Of a stretch of DNA of 64,000 nt, positions 48,694-62,188 are shown piece after piece. How positions within the stretch are numbered: position 1 is the stretch's first letter; every line of letters begins with the position of its first letter. This stretch comes from Neophaeotheca triangularis (taxonomy: Eukaryota), in NCBI GenBank assembly GCA_054600435.1, contig BAAIJX010000060.1, positions 1 through 64,000 of the forward strand, read 5' to 3'. Made by a program: the position numbers and the translations under genes. The notes beneath the pieces are model-generated. The model had not been told where the DNA came from and searched no databases. It saw only the letters and a list, made by a program, of their open reading frames with translations.

Positions 48694-49581
48694 ATGATAC
48701 GCAGACAGGCTCGAGAGCGTCGTGATTACCTCTACCGGCGGGCTCTGACCCTCCGCGATGCTGAAGTGGCGGAGAAGCGTGCGAAGCTAAAGGCATCTTT
48801 GGCCTCGGGGAAGCCCTTGGACCCATCCATTGCCAACGACAAGAAGCTGCGCCAGGATTACAAGTACGACGAATCACGTGCAGACCGCACCAACGAGGAA
48901 GAGCTCGACCTGGACGACGAGTACAGCTATCTTTCAGGCGTCGTAGACCCACGCGTCCTGGTCACCACCTCGCGCGACCCCAGCAGCCGACTTTCTTCTT
49001 TCGCTAAAGAAATACGCCTCCTACTACCAACGAGCATCCGCTTGAACAGAGGTAATCTCGTTTTGCCGAACCTCGTCGGTAGCGCCAAGTCTAGCGGTCT
49101 TTCGGACGTGATTCTCCTTCATGAGCACAGAGGCACTCCGACCGCCCTCACCATCTCCCACTTTCCACATGGACCCACCGCATCCTTCTCCCTGCACAAC
49201 GTCGTTCTGCGCCACGACATACCCAATGCCTCCCGTGGCACAGTCAGCGAATCATACCCACATCTGATATTCGAGAACTTCAACACTGCCCTTGGCAAGC
49301 GCACCGCGAAGATTCTGCAACATCTCTTCCCACCACGCGATGGAGGAGCGAAGCTTGGCTCGAGGGTCGTCACTTTCAAGAACATCGAGGACAGCATTGA
49401 AGTGCGCCACCATGTTTTCGTCAAGACCGGTTACCAATCAGTGGAACTGGCTGAGGTTGGCCCAAGAATGACTATGCGTTTGTTTGAGATCAGGCAGGGA
49501 ACTGTTGAGAATAAGGAGGGAGATGTTGAGTGGCATCTCAACCAATACACAAGAACTAGCAAGAAGAAGGACTACCTCTGA
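48694..49581 (+). CDS. IMP4: U3 snoRNP Brix-domain protein Imp4
   Basis: [41 protein letters not shown] and [11 protein letters not shown]. Confidence 0.96.
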   Translation: MIRRQARERRDYLYRRALTLRDAEVAEKRAKLKASLASGKPLDPSIANDKKLRQDYKYDESRADRTNEEELDLDDEYSYLSGVVDPRVLVTTSRDPSSRLSSFAKEIRLLLPTSIRLNRGNLVLPNLVGSAKSSGLSDVILLHEHRGTPTALTISHFPHGPTASFSLHNVVLRHDIPNASRGTVSESYPHLIFENFNTALGKRTAKILQHLFPPRDGGAKLGSRVVTFKNIEDSIEVRHHVFVKTGYQSVELAEVGPRMTMRLFEIRQGTVENKEGDVEWHLNQYTRTSKKKDYL

Positions 49582-50780
49582 GGTCTGGATTGAAGTTTAC
49601 TGTGGGAAGTATCAGCTCCCGGGAAGCAGCTCTGCCTGCCATCACGTGCTCCTCAAAGGAAACACCAAGAGAAAAGCTCGGAACTCGTAATCTTTAGCCT
49701 CCGGCGTCGACTCACCGTGTGGGAGTGGCAATGCAGCGTGGAGAACAGCCGCCTGAAGGCCATGGTGTTTCGAATAGAGCGCGTGGTTGTCATCAGTCAG
49801 GAGTAGTCATGACGCCGGGAGACGGAACAGGCGCTTTGCGTGTGCACTTGTAGGGCATTCCCAGCGTCGCTAAAGAGCAAAAGAAAGGCCCCCGCCCAAG
49901 GTTAGCTCGCTAGCATACGGATCATCGAGGGAGCCCGCTCGGAGACAGGCAGCTTTTCAGTGGTGGCAAGCGCGCCCGGGTTTTTATTGCGAGGAGACAG
50001 CTCGCTAAATTTGACATGGAAAAGGTACAGCATAGCTTACTGTACCCAGGTCTCTATCCGCATTCAATTCCCCGAGACTCAATTGATAGACGCCCACGTT
50101 GCCCGTGTCAGAAACGTCTCCTCCACTGCCACGCGAAGCCGTCCACCGCAGGATCGCGACTTTGCATACTACCTGGGGTAGCGTTCGAACGATTTCGTGT
50201 ATAAAGAAAGGTACCTAGATAGATCCGAGCGGTACCGACATCTGAAGCCGCCCGCTGCACCTCCGGCACCCCGCTTGCCATGCCAACCCAACGCCCAGAC
50301 TTCACCTCTTTCAATCTATATGGATATACTTCATCACTCGCAACTTACTTTACACCACGTAGCTCGGCGCTATTGATTCTATGGTATCTACAACTCCAAC
50401 CCATGGATCTCCGTCTACACCTGCTACACAGGCCGCCCGGCCGCTCCGGCTTGCTCGAGACTTCTGAAGGCGTCAATGTTCGACACACGCGAGGCTGTGT
50501 GGCTCTCGGAGTTGCCCTCTTAGGGGTGATTGAACCGTGTCTGCTTAGCTACCTTGCCATGCGAGCGGCTTGTTGGCTGCAAGCGTGAGAGTCCGAGGGC
50601 GTCGATCAAATGTCCTTATGTAGCATGTCTGCCGCCGATATGCTGACTGAAAACGCGTCTGGTGAGTACTAGTAGGTAGTTTTTTGCCATTCTTCCTCTT
50701 GATCTACTCCTCTTGATCTCAGGTCCTTCTATTCTTTCTTTTCACGCCTTGATTTGATAATATCAATCCTGAAGAGAAAC

Positions 50781-51831
50781 ATGGACTGGAATCTTGCTAT
50801 TACAGAAGCGCTAGAGAACAACAAGCATGCCCTTTCCTCCTTGCGAACGGTAGGTCTTCGGTAGTCGCATAGCTCAAGCACGAGGACCTCAAAACTAAGC
50901 AACAACGTAGCTCTTGGGCTCTTGGTCGACTCTGCCCCCTTCAAATAACCAAATATCTCAGAGAGGCTCCGCGAAGACTGCCACTTGTGTGCCCGGACAG
51001 CTTGTCGATCAGTTCCCCGAACCCATTCCGTCCACGATCGATACCGAACTCGCTACCACGAATCTCGAAATCTTATCAAAACAACTGGACCCAGCCACTT
51101 TGGCAATCTACAACCGAATGCTAGTAGCATCCTTGCCGTCGCCGACACCAGCAGTCTCCTCCGCCCGAGAACGAGTCCTCTCCCTTCCAGAACTCCTGGA
51201 GCCAATCCTTCTAGAACTCCCCATCCAAGAATTAGTTCGTTCCCAACGCGTTTGCATTCTCTGGCGACAAATGCTTCAAACGTCTCCGAAACTCCAGAAA
51301 GCCGCCTTCCTCCGGGCCAAACCCGACCTCCCCCACCGCTACCCCAACATGACCTCCGACCACCACGAGTACTTCTCCCGTACCCCTGCCAAGACCAAGA
51401 GACCTGGTGCGGCTTTCAAATTCATCGCCGACGAACCTTCTCCCCCGGCTCCACGCTCGCACCCAAGACCAACGTCCCTCAATCCAATCCTCCTCCCCTT
51501 CACCACAGGCTGCATGAGCCTTCTTCCACTCTGTGAAGATTTTCCTCTTAACCATACCGAGACAAACACCTCGCTCCACAACATGTACTGCATACAGCCG
51601 CCCGTGCCAGAGCTACCAATCTACTGGCGCCGCAAGGGCGAAGAGGAAATACGGACATTGAGCGTGAAACAGCAAGGCGAGGGCATGGGTGTGCGGGTCA
51701 AGGAGCTTGTGGAGGTTTTGAGGGGTTTGAAGGAGGGGGAGGAGGCTCGGACGGGTGCTGAGGGGATCAGTTGGGTCCGGTTTAGTGTGGATCTGAGCCG
51801 GGGGGCTTTGGTTGAGGGCTGGAGGTGCTGA
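50781..51831 (+). CDS. F-box domain protein, 1 intron
   Basis: Exon 50781-50849, then a phase-0 intron 50850-50910 (gtaggt...actaag...tag) joining in frame to the ORF containing ARERVLSLPELLEPILLELPIQELVRSQRVCILWRQML. Confidence 0.78.
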
Positions 51832-52826
51832 GAGCGGGCGTGGAAGATGTGGTTCGGCGAATGGTTACTGTTGGTTTGAGATGCCCCGACGCGGGCCGTT
51901 TGGTAGTTGGTGATGTACGGCCAATAGACATGCGCTTGGATAATATACCTAAACGCTACCTTGGGCCTTTGCCAACGACTCTCTCTATTGTGAAAGATTG
52001 AATGGCTTCTCAGTGGCATTACAAGTCTAGGTAGAGTTTCCCAGCTTGCCCGGGTGACAAATGTGGGACGCAACAACTAAGCTCGCCCGCCCCGGACCTC
52101 AAGCGATCTCACGTTTAGGAGCTGCTACCAAGAAAGTCAAGAGATGTCAATCGCCTGGATACGGTCAGGTAGCTAGTTACCTACCGATGCTCTGGCTCAC
52201 TTTGGCATCACTTCCCCATCGCTCGTTCTTCACTTTTCCATTTCTTCCTTACCACTTGCATAGCGTCTCGCCATCCCTTGTTGATCGCTTACTACCCACT
52301 CCTGTTGTGAACTCTACCAAACGCTATGAAATCACACCGTAAACCCCCCTCAATTACTTCGTGGTTTTAAATCGCCATTATGAACGTATCACTAGCCCGC
52401 GTCAATCTTGAATTTCCTTTCACTGCAGGTGCTTGAACGTTGTTGCCATCGCTTCCTCGATTTAAGACATATTATGTCCGACGGCTGAGCCTCAAGAGAA
52501 GCGGTAGTGATGCATAGTGGTAATAGAAAATGGAAAGTTCTTCGGACCTCCCCGGTGCATCACATCCGTCGAACACTAGAAGGGGCTAAGTGTCGGGATG
52601 TTATGGTACAAAGATTAGGACACTACTAGAGGAAGCAAGAGCAAGCGGATTGAGACAAGAGATCTGGCTGGGAATGCTAGCCTGTTCTCCTGCTACCAAG
52701 TTCGACGAAAATTTAGACATGTAAAAATTGTCTCAGTACACCGTGAGTAGCGGGCTTTGGCGACGCTTTCTTTTCGCGCGCACATTCGTAGATTTAGTCC
52801 TTCCTCCATCCAAAGTACGCGAGCTC

Positions 52827-54428
52827 CTAATCCTCGCGCCTATCCGCTTTCTTCCTCCCCCAGACCTCATCAGCGTCCGCTTTGCCCTTAGTCTCCGGCA
52901 CGAACCGCGCCGTCAGGCCACCAAACAGCACCGCAAAGCCCGCAAAAATGAAGTAGACCTGGCCCGCTCCCAGCTTATCATTAACGATAGGGAAGAACTG
53001 GGCCACCACAAAGGTCGCAACCCAATTCGCGGCCAATGCCCAGCTCTGGGTAGCACCGACAGCCTCCGGGCCGACCAGCTCGGAAGACAGAATGAAGGGC
53101 ACGGGTCCTAGGCCGAGACCGAAGAAGGCGACGAAGGCGACAACTGCCACTGCTGATAACGGAGCCAGGCCCTTCATGATGCCCACGCCTAGTAGGACGG
53201 AGGAAGTGCCCATGCCCGCTATACTCAGCAGTAAGCAGCTCTTACGGCCGAGGTAGTCGACCAGAGGTGCGGCGGCGAGGGTGACGACCATGTTCAGCAA
53301 GCTTACGAAAATGTTGAGGAGGGCCGAGTTGGCGCCTAGGAGGGAGGAGAGGAGGGAGACGCCGTACATGACGATGCTGTTGATGCCTAGAAGTTGCTGG
53401 CCGATCATTATCATCACTACGGCGAAGACGGCTGGGCTGTACTGCGGGTGTGTCAAGACGCCGAGGACACCGAGCGTCTGCCTCTTAGTCGAGTCCACGG
53501 CGTTTTTGGAAGCAGAAGTGACGCTTTCGCGGTCTGTAGAAGAGTCGGGTTGGTTCGGCCTACCGGTTTCTGGGTTCGAATGCATGCGGTCTTCGTTGGC
53601 GAGCAGCGTCTCCTCTTCGTCATTCATATCGCGTTCGCTCTCGCAGCCCCAGCCTACTACTTCCCTCTCTATTTCAACGCCATGACCGCGAAGTTTCCGC
53701 AGCGCGCGCTTCGCCCGCGAAGGCTTGCCGTTGTCTGCCAACCATTTCGGACTCTCTTGACCGCCCAATATCAAGCCAATCGCTTGCAGCATGCCAATTA
53801 TCCCTCCAGCTGCTATTATGATGCGCCATAATTGCCCCTTGCTGAGGAAGTATCCAAGCAACTGCGTAGTGAAGATGCCGAAATTGATCATGACCTGCGT
53901 AAAGCTGCCGAAGAAGCCCTTCTCTTCCGGCGGCGCAATCTCTGAGATGAAGATCGGAACTACGACGACTGCGGCTCCGGCCCCGAGACCGCTGACAAAA
54001 CGACCGATTGTCATGACGGCCATGTCCGGGGCTAGAGCCGAGATCAAAGGGCCCAAGGCGAAGAAGACGGTGTTGAAGAGCATGGTCTTTAATCTACCAT
54101 ATTTCGCTGACATGGGCCCCGAGCTCAAAGCTCCGATCAAGCCGCCGAGTGTGAAGATTGAGGAGACGAGCCCGAATTGACTTGGGTTCATAGGAATGCA
54201 TTGCGGTAGTCCGTCGAAGGTTGCTGTTGTCTCAACCGGTGCGCTTCGGAGGGCGGTCTTTATGCGCTCGAGCGTTGATACTCCCAGGCTTTTCTTCGCG
54301 CATGTTATCACCTCTTGGGGTGCGTTAAGCTCGGCGAGGTGGTAGCCGAAGAGGAGAGGGCCGATGGTTGCCGTGAGTAGGAGAAAGATGAAGTAGAAGG
54401 TCAGGTCGCGGAACGGATTGCGTGCCAT
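52827..54428 (-). CDS. MFS sugar porter (Ybr241c/Vps73-like)
   Basis: FGYHLAELN, KYGRL, GRFVSGLGAG, PIFISEIAP, ESPKWL, QQLLGINSI, DYLGRK and VPETKG; first ATG at 54428. Confidence 0.92.
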   Translation of the reverse strand: MARNPFRDLTFYFIFLLLTATIGPLLFGYHLAELNAPQEVITCAKKSLGVSTLERIKTALRSAPVETTATFDGLPQCIPMNPSQFGLVSSIFTLGGLIGALSSGPMSAKYGRLKTMLFNTVFFALGPLISALAPDMAVMTIGRFVSGLGAGAAVVVVPIFISEIAPPEEKGFFGSFTQVMINFGIFTTQLLGYFLSKGQLWRIIIAAGGIIGMLQAIGLILGGQESPKWLADNGKPSRAKRALRKLRGHGVEIEREVVGWGCESERDMNDEEETLLANEDRMHSNPETGRPNQPDSSTDRESVTSASKNAVDSTKRQTLGVLGVLTHPQYSPAVFAVVMIMIGQQLLGINSIVMYGVSLLSSLLGANSALLNIFVSLLNMVVTLAAAPLVDYLGRKSCLLLSIAGMGTSSVLLGVGIMKGLAPLSAVAVVAFVAFFGLGLGPVPFILSSELVGPEAVGATQSWALAANWVATFVVAQFFPIVNDKLGAGQVYFIFAGFAVLFGGLTARFVPETKGKADADEVWGRKKADRRED

Positions 54429-54724
54429 GGTGCTGTCGACGACGCGTACTCGATGTAGTCTGTAGCCGTTAGGGTGAGGATGTGTAACAAGGGCGGTTGT
54501 TGAAGGCTTGGGTGTAGGAAAAAGTAGTGAGATCAACAATAGGTCGTCATTTGCTGTATCGAGCTATGGATCTCCTAGATAAGGTAGAAGATTGTAGTGC
54601 TTTTGATTGCCATGTGCAAGAAGGCAGGCCCTAACACTCTGCAGTTCAGACTTGCAATAAACTGTCTCTTATAAAGGTTCCAGGTTGCTCAAGTCGGTGA
54701 AGGAGCCTTGTGTGTGGCATTCAG

Positions 54725-54752
54725 ACGAGACGAGACGAGACGAGACGAGACG
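54725..54752. repeat. (GACGA)n pentanucleotide microsatellite
   Basis: About 5-6 tandem gacga units in the divergent MFS/SSN3 intergenic region. Confidence 0.85.
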
Positions 54753-55142
54753 ACTGAAGACGGGAGGCACGATAAGGTGATAAGATAGGACAAACGACAG
54801 CCGCACGTGATGCCAAGTCAGTCAGACCATCGTCCATCGTACAGTACGTCCGTCCGTCCAGGCAAATAAAGGTATTGGATGCTTATTATTATTTTTATTA
54901 CAGGCTAATCGTCCGGCATCTCCCTGCCTGCCTGTTAGGGAGAATGTTCCCCCGAGAAACGCGCGGTGCTTGTCCCACACTAGACCACCTTACCCTACCC
55001 ACTCACTACTGTTACTCGTGTTACTACTACTACTGTACAACGCGGTAGACTACACCCGCCAACTGGCTTTTTTCCCAACCGAGAAATAACCTGGTCTTCC
55101 GGTGTCGTCTGACATGATACATCCATCCAAGACGGGCGAATA

Positions 55143-56801
55143 ATGTCGAATCCACCCTCGGCTACAGCTACGGCTGCCACTGCGGCGAGTCAATCTCACA
55201 CCGGCATGGGCCCGCCATCTGCGCCTGCTCTTAACAATACTAGTAATAATAAAGCTGGTGGTGGTGTTGCTGTCGCTGGAGGGATCAAGAGGACTGCTCA
55301 GGCTGCTTTCCAAGGTACATACCTAGTAATCCTCTTCCATACCTACCTTAGCAATTGCTTCTTCGTCGATTTCCGTTGGGATGTTGTGAAGAACAATACT
55401 ACCTCCTACCCATCATCCAGCGAGTCAGCCTTTGTTGTCAAAGATAACGAAAGGTCATCTTCCTTCCCCCCCTCCACGCCCTTCTTATACGAGATGATGT
55501 ACTCATAGTGACCGGCAGAAGCACCGGACACGCCACCGTTGATCAAGATGAGCAACTCGCCTCTCATCACGCCTCGTCACATCAATGATCACTATCGCAT
55601 CGTCGGTTTCATCAGTTCAGGGACATATGGCCGCGTTTACAAAGCCGTAACCAAAGCTGCAACGACTTCTGAAGCGCCGGTCCGGCCTGATGGACAGCCA
55701 ATCAAGGCGTTTGCCATCAAGAAGTTCAAACCCGACAAGGAGGGAGAACTCCAATACACCGGAATCTCACAGTCTGCAATACGTGAGATGGCCCTCTGCA
55801 CTGAGCTCTCACACCCGGCGCTCATCCACCTTGTCGAGATCATCCTCGAGTCCAAGTGCATCTTCATGGTTTTCGAATACGCCGAGCATGATCTTTTGCA
55901 AATCATCCACCACCACTCACTCTTGCCCCGCACACCAATACCAGCCTCGACACTGCGCAGCATAATGCATCAACTCCTCTCCGGCCTCTTATACCTTCAT
56001 CGCAACTGGGTCATCCACCGCGATCTCAAGCCGGCCAACATCATGGTCACTAGCGGTGGCGCTATCAAAATCGGCGACCTTGGACTCGCACGATTGTTCT
56101 ACAAACCTCTGCACGCCCTCTTCAGCGGCGATAAGGTCGTCGTCACCATCTGGTATCGCGCACCCGAGCTTCTCCTCGGCAGCAAACACTACACCCCAGC
56201 CGTAGACCTGTGGGCCGTCGGCTGTATCTTCGCCGAACTGCTTAGCCTCCGCCCCATCTTCAAAGGCGAGGAAGCCAAACAAGACACTAAGAAAGCTGTA
56301 CCCTTCCAACGCAACCAAATGGGCAAAATCGGCGAAGTCCTCGGACTACCGCGAAAACAAGACTGGCCACTACTAACCGCCATGCCAGAAGCTGTGAACC
56401 TGCCAACCGTACGCAGTTTCAACCCCGCCGTCGACCGTCCCATCGGTCTGGAGAAATGGTACCGCAATACACTGGCCAACAGCAACTACAACGCCAACGC
56501 CTCTCCACCGAACCCACCACCCGACGACTCGGCTCTGGATATGCTGAAGCAGCTGCTCGAGTACGATCCTCTCAAACGCTTGACAGCGGAGCAGGCGCTC
56601 AAGCATCCGTACTTTTCTCCTGATAATGGCAGGGGCGAGCCGAGCTGGAATTGTTTCGAGGGCCTCGAGACCAAGTACCCGGCTCGCAAGGTTACATCTG
56701 AGACTAACGAGATTAGTACTGGATCTTTGCCTGGGACTAAGCGGAGTGGGTTGCCCGATGATAGCTTGCTTAGGCCGGGAAAGAAGCTGAGGGATATTTG
56801 A
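55143..56801 (+). CDS. SSN3: Mediator kinase-module CDK8 (Ssn3/Srb10), 1 intron
   Basis: GFISSGTYGRVYKA, AIKKFKPDKEG, GISQSAIREM, HRDLKPAN, GDLGLAR and GDKVVVTIWYRAPE. Exon 55143-55314 joins in frame at 55519. Confidence 0.95.
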
Positions 56802-57449
56802 GGGGTTGTGACCTTGAGCGTTGTGATTTGGACCGGTGGTCCGCATCGACGTCGTTGCCGCGATGCCCGATGCGACCCATTGCGCTGTGGACGGAGCCGG
56901 GATCCTGCGGCCCAACAATCGTCGGCGTAGGGTGGGCTCTGAATATCTTCTCTCCTGAGCACGTTCGAGTTGATACGCGAAGTTTGGATGGATCGATTGT
57001 CTTGGAATATTTTTTCCCAAAGGGTGCTAGCGAGGGGAACGGTGTTTGAACAAGATCGGCAGCGTTAGACAGTTCTGGCATTCAAGAATGAAATTGCGCC
57101 TTGGCGGGACATAGAGAAAGAGGCCTTGATCCATAAGGCGCTGGACCGAGATGGCGGGAAACAGCCATGGCTGAAGGAAGCTGGGAGCGGTTTTACTCCT
57201 ACGAAGGTGCAGGGTATGTGAAGGAAGAATGGCTGCTCGGTGTCCAACATGGAAGCGAACAAAGCCGCCGGTACAACGAAGCCAGGAAGAGAGCAGCCCG
57301 CAATCCGACAACTAGGCAGCAAGGCAGGTTAGTCGCGAGAAGGCACGTGGCCCTTACCAACCTCACTACACACAACACCAGCTGGACCCCCTTTCCCGCA
57401 GCATCCAAACAAGTGAAGGTATTAATACACCAATGCCTGCCAGTCTCCC

Positions 57450-57595
57450 AACAAGTGGTCCGGCGACTCGACGGTTAAGGCGCTCCCGCAATCAAGTCAA
57501 ACTCCGCTAGTGAATCTCGACGCTAGCAGAGAAGGTAGTTGCAGGACGCCGATAAACCGGAAGAAGGTCAACGGTTCGAAACCCACCTCTGTTCA
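57450..57595 (+). pseudogene. Degenerate tRNA-like element with long intervening sequence, isotype not assignable
   Basis: D-arm-like GACGGTTAAGGCG (57470-57482), variable-loop-like AGGTC and B-box GGTTCGAAACC (57573-57583). T-stem and acceptor stem pair poorly. Confidence 0.4.
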
Positions 57596-58592
57596 CCTTC
57601 TTTAGTACAACCGTGGAACGAGAATGAGTGCCTCCGACCGACCGAACAATTAACGACATTACAACGACCCGATCCCCACGATACAAAAGCGTAAAACTGT
57701 CTGGGGTTTTCCTTTCCTGCTGCCTCGAGGTGGTGGGTTCCTTTTTACTGGATTAGTAGCTATCATGGGAGGCCTGGGTATTCCTTCTAACAGTGTTATC
57801 GATCATCAGATCACAGCCAGCAAGGGAAAGTCACGTCTCCCTACTAGCTACCCTGAGGATAACGGGTGTCTTCGCGCTTTTTAAACGCATAGCTCTAGAG
57901 AGAACGTGCTCGATCGAATTCCGGACGTCACGGAACTTAGGTATAGAGGAGCCTTTTAGCTTGTAGTCGGTAGTAGTGGTTATAAACTAGCTATAGTCCA
58001 GACACAGACTATTGTAGACGCGCTACTGTTGAATGTAGTGATTTGCCTTTCTGTCATCATGTACGTCCTATCTACCTATACATGTCTATGTAGATATACA
58101 TATGTACTCTCTCCCCTAGAAGGTAGGATGGAATACGGTATATGGTACCTTGCCATAAGTACAGTATGTTAGAGTTTGGACTGGTCATGTCAGTAGCACT
58201 AGTGGCAGATAAGCATCGTCAAACAGGGTCGACGGGAGCAGCCGGCGTAGCCTTAAGCCGGCGAATGTGAAACTGGGTGAAGGGAGGATGCGCGTCGCAC
58301 CCTGTCCCGACGGAACGTCAGCTTCACCCGTAGACGCTATTTGGCCAGATCGGAACCAATCTTCAACTACACACTAGACTCTGGACATTTTGCTCCGATT
58401 CCACCACTACTGTTACTACCAACACTACCACCACCACCACCACCACCACGGATTGAACTGGCCCCCCTCAGGACGGTGATGTGGGTGAAGGGTGTATCTC
58501 GAAGACGCATCACACGAGTCCGAATATAGACTTCCTCCTCCATTCGGCCACCAACTCCAACCTGACTTGACTGGGATTTCTCCGCCCTCACC

Positions 58593-59853
<1,261 letters not shown>

Positions 59854-60468
59854 GCCGATTCAGAATTTTGTGTTCTTTGCGAGCGAAACTGGCTGGCGTT
59901 CGTGGTGTTTGGGAGCAGCGACTGATCAACTGGCATTGATGGGCGCGGTAAGCGTGGAGAATGAAGGTGCGGTACATTCGCAGCAGGTCGTAAGCGTTTG
60001 GCGGCATTGTGAAGAGAGGCGAGGCGAGCGTCGTCGGTAGGTATATAGAGTATAGACTCGCACTATATCTATCATCTAGCGCTATTCTTTGGGGACTCAA
60101 ACCGTACTTCACTCGTGTCTCTAGCCAGTCACAGCTGGTGTTTGTCACAGCTGACTAGAGTTGCGCGTTGCCCAATCCCCTAGTTACTACTAAGGACCGA
60201 TAAACCAAGTCCTAGAGCGTCGACGAAGATGACCTCTTCGAAGAGCCATGACATGTTGCAACGACAAGCCGTAGTAACGATATTGCGAAATGAAAGTGAG
60301 TAAGTCTAGTGGTTGTGTGAAGCACCGCTATGTCAGGTTTCTCTATAGCGTCTCCGAAATGAAAATCTATCCAATTCGAGGGAGTAAACAGTGCCAGCAA
60401 ACCTCTCACAAGAGAGACACGACCCCAACAATCCCCGCTATACCATCAATAACCCCAATCAATCCACC

Positions 60469-62188
60469 CTAAAGCTCGTCCCTCTTCCTGACAACAGGAC
60501 TTCCATTAGGCCTAAGCCTAAAAGCAGCAACCCCATGCCTAGGGACCTCAGCCTCGACACACCCCTCAGCCTGCGCGGTCCCCACGTGCTGTCCCATCAA
60601 CAGCGAATGGTTCCCCATAATCCCCTCCTCAAAACTCATAGCAGTGGAATTGAAAAGATACTGGGCCGTAACATTCGCGCCCGCAGCCGTGGTGTCATTC
60701 GCCTCCAAAATCGCCCCGGCAACCGCGTCCGGCATGCGGTTCGCCCAGAGGTCGTAGACGTCCCACGAGCTCATGGCTTTCTCGCGGTTGTCGATGAAGA
60801 TGTCGGCGAGGTCGGCGGACATGTTCATGGCGGTTGTGGCCGCGTTGAGGAGGATGACGACTTGGTCGCCTTGGGCCAGCGCGCCGCTCCACATTTGGAT
60901 CTCGCCGGCGTTGTTGGGCATGTACTGGCGCCAGATGCGTTGGGCCGAGTTGCCCGTGGGGTCTTGCGAGAGGGCGAGGATGGCCGGGTTCGTGTAGATG
61001 GAGTAGGAGCGGGCGTCGAGGCTGCGGATGTCGGTGCCCATGAGTAAGGGGGAGCGCATGGCTGCCCACATTGTCATCTCTAGTTTGTACTCGTCGTCAT
61101 TCATACCGCCCTGTGGGGTTGGTCGTTAGCTAGATGAGCGACGTCAATGTCGTTGGCGTAGTTGAAACTTACGTTGCCGATGGTGAGCATGTCCATGTCG
61201 TTCCAGCCTCCCTGTTGGCTGCGATGGATGTACCACACGACTTTGTTGATAATGTTCATGATGCTGCAGTGGTAGCCAGGAAAGGCGCAATCGAGACCCT
61301 CCTTCTCCTCGCAAGGACAGCGCGGGTCAAACCTGTCGAAAGAATCAATGATATCGCCAGTCGCCCTCCATGAGTTGGCGATGAGGTATGCCCAGTCAAA
61401 GGGCCTATCCTGGCCCCAGTTACACATGCCATAGTGTATCTGACGACCGGTGGCATTCAGAGCATCCGACATCACCTCGTAACGGGCGTACGAGATGTTG
61501 GCGTTCCCGGACTGTCCTTCGTTGAAACCTGCCCGGACGGCGTCAGCTATCGTATACATACATGGGGGCGATATCGCATACAAAAAGTCTGGTCACTTAC
61601 AATTGTCGTACTTGAGATAGTCGACGCCCCACTCAGCAAACGTGTTCGCATCGAGAGTCTCATACCCAAGACTGCCCTCGTACTAAAGCCCAATGCAAAG
61701 TCAGAGATGCAAAACGTCACTTTCCAGAAGACAACAAGATCGACCACTCACCTGTCCACAAGTATACCTCCCAGCATCAGAATACATGCCATACATGAAC
61801 CCAAGGTCATGCACAGCATCGGCAACATCTACCAGAAAGACGTCAGTCGAGCCCTACTTCCAGCTGCAACCCCCACTGCGATAGACTCACGAGCCATGCC
61901 GTTGGGGAATTTGTCAAAGTTGGGCCGGAGGGTATCGTTCTCATACCGCCCGTTGGACCAGCAGTCGTCCAGGATCACGTAGTTGTATCCGGCGTCCTTG
62001 AGACCGATCTCGCTCATCCGCGTTGCCGTGTCGATCAGCAGCTCTTCGGAGACGTCGCAGCCAAATGCGTTCCAGTTGTTCCAGCCCAGGGGGGGCGCCA
62101 CGGCTTTGGCATTGTGCATCAAAACGGCGCTGGTCATGGGAGCGAGGAGCAAGAGGCTTGCGCCTAGGGTTGAGAGGGGGCTAGACAT
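60469..62188 (-). CDS. GH27 alpha-galactosidase (AglB/melibiase-like), 4 introns
   Basis: Signal peptide, PPLGWNNWN, ILDDCW, KFPNGM, GMYSDAG, DYLKYDNC, NSWRATGDI, WNDMDML and SPLLMGTD; ends KRDEL. Confidence 0.95.

Noticed and set aside
50166..50176. ATACTACCTGG resembling the U1 snRNA 5' end
   Set aside because: It lacks one T of ATACTTACCTGG, and no U1 stem-loops or Sm site follow.
49600..50780. Telomerase RNA, RNase P or RNase MRP as the identity of the structured region
   Set aside because: No TAACCCTAA-type template was seen on either strand, and no convincing CR-I/CR-V motifs.
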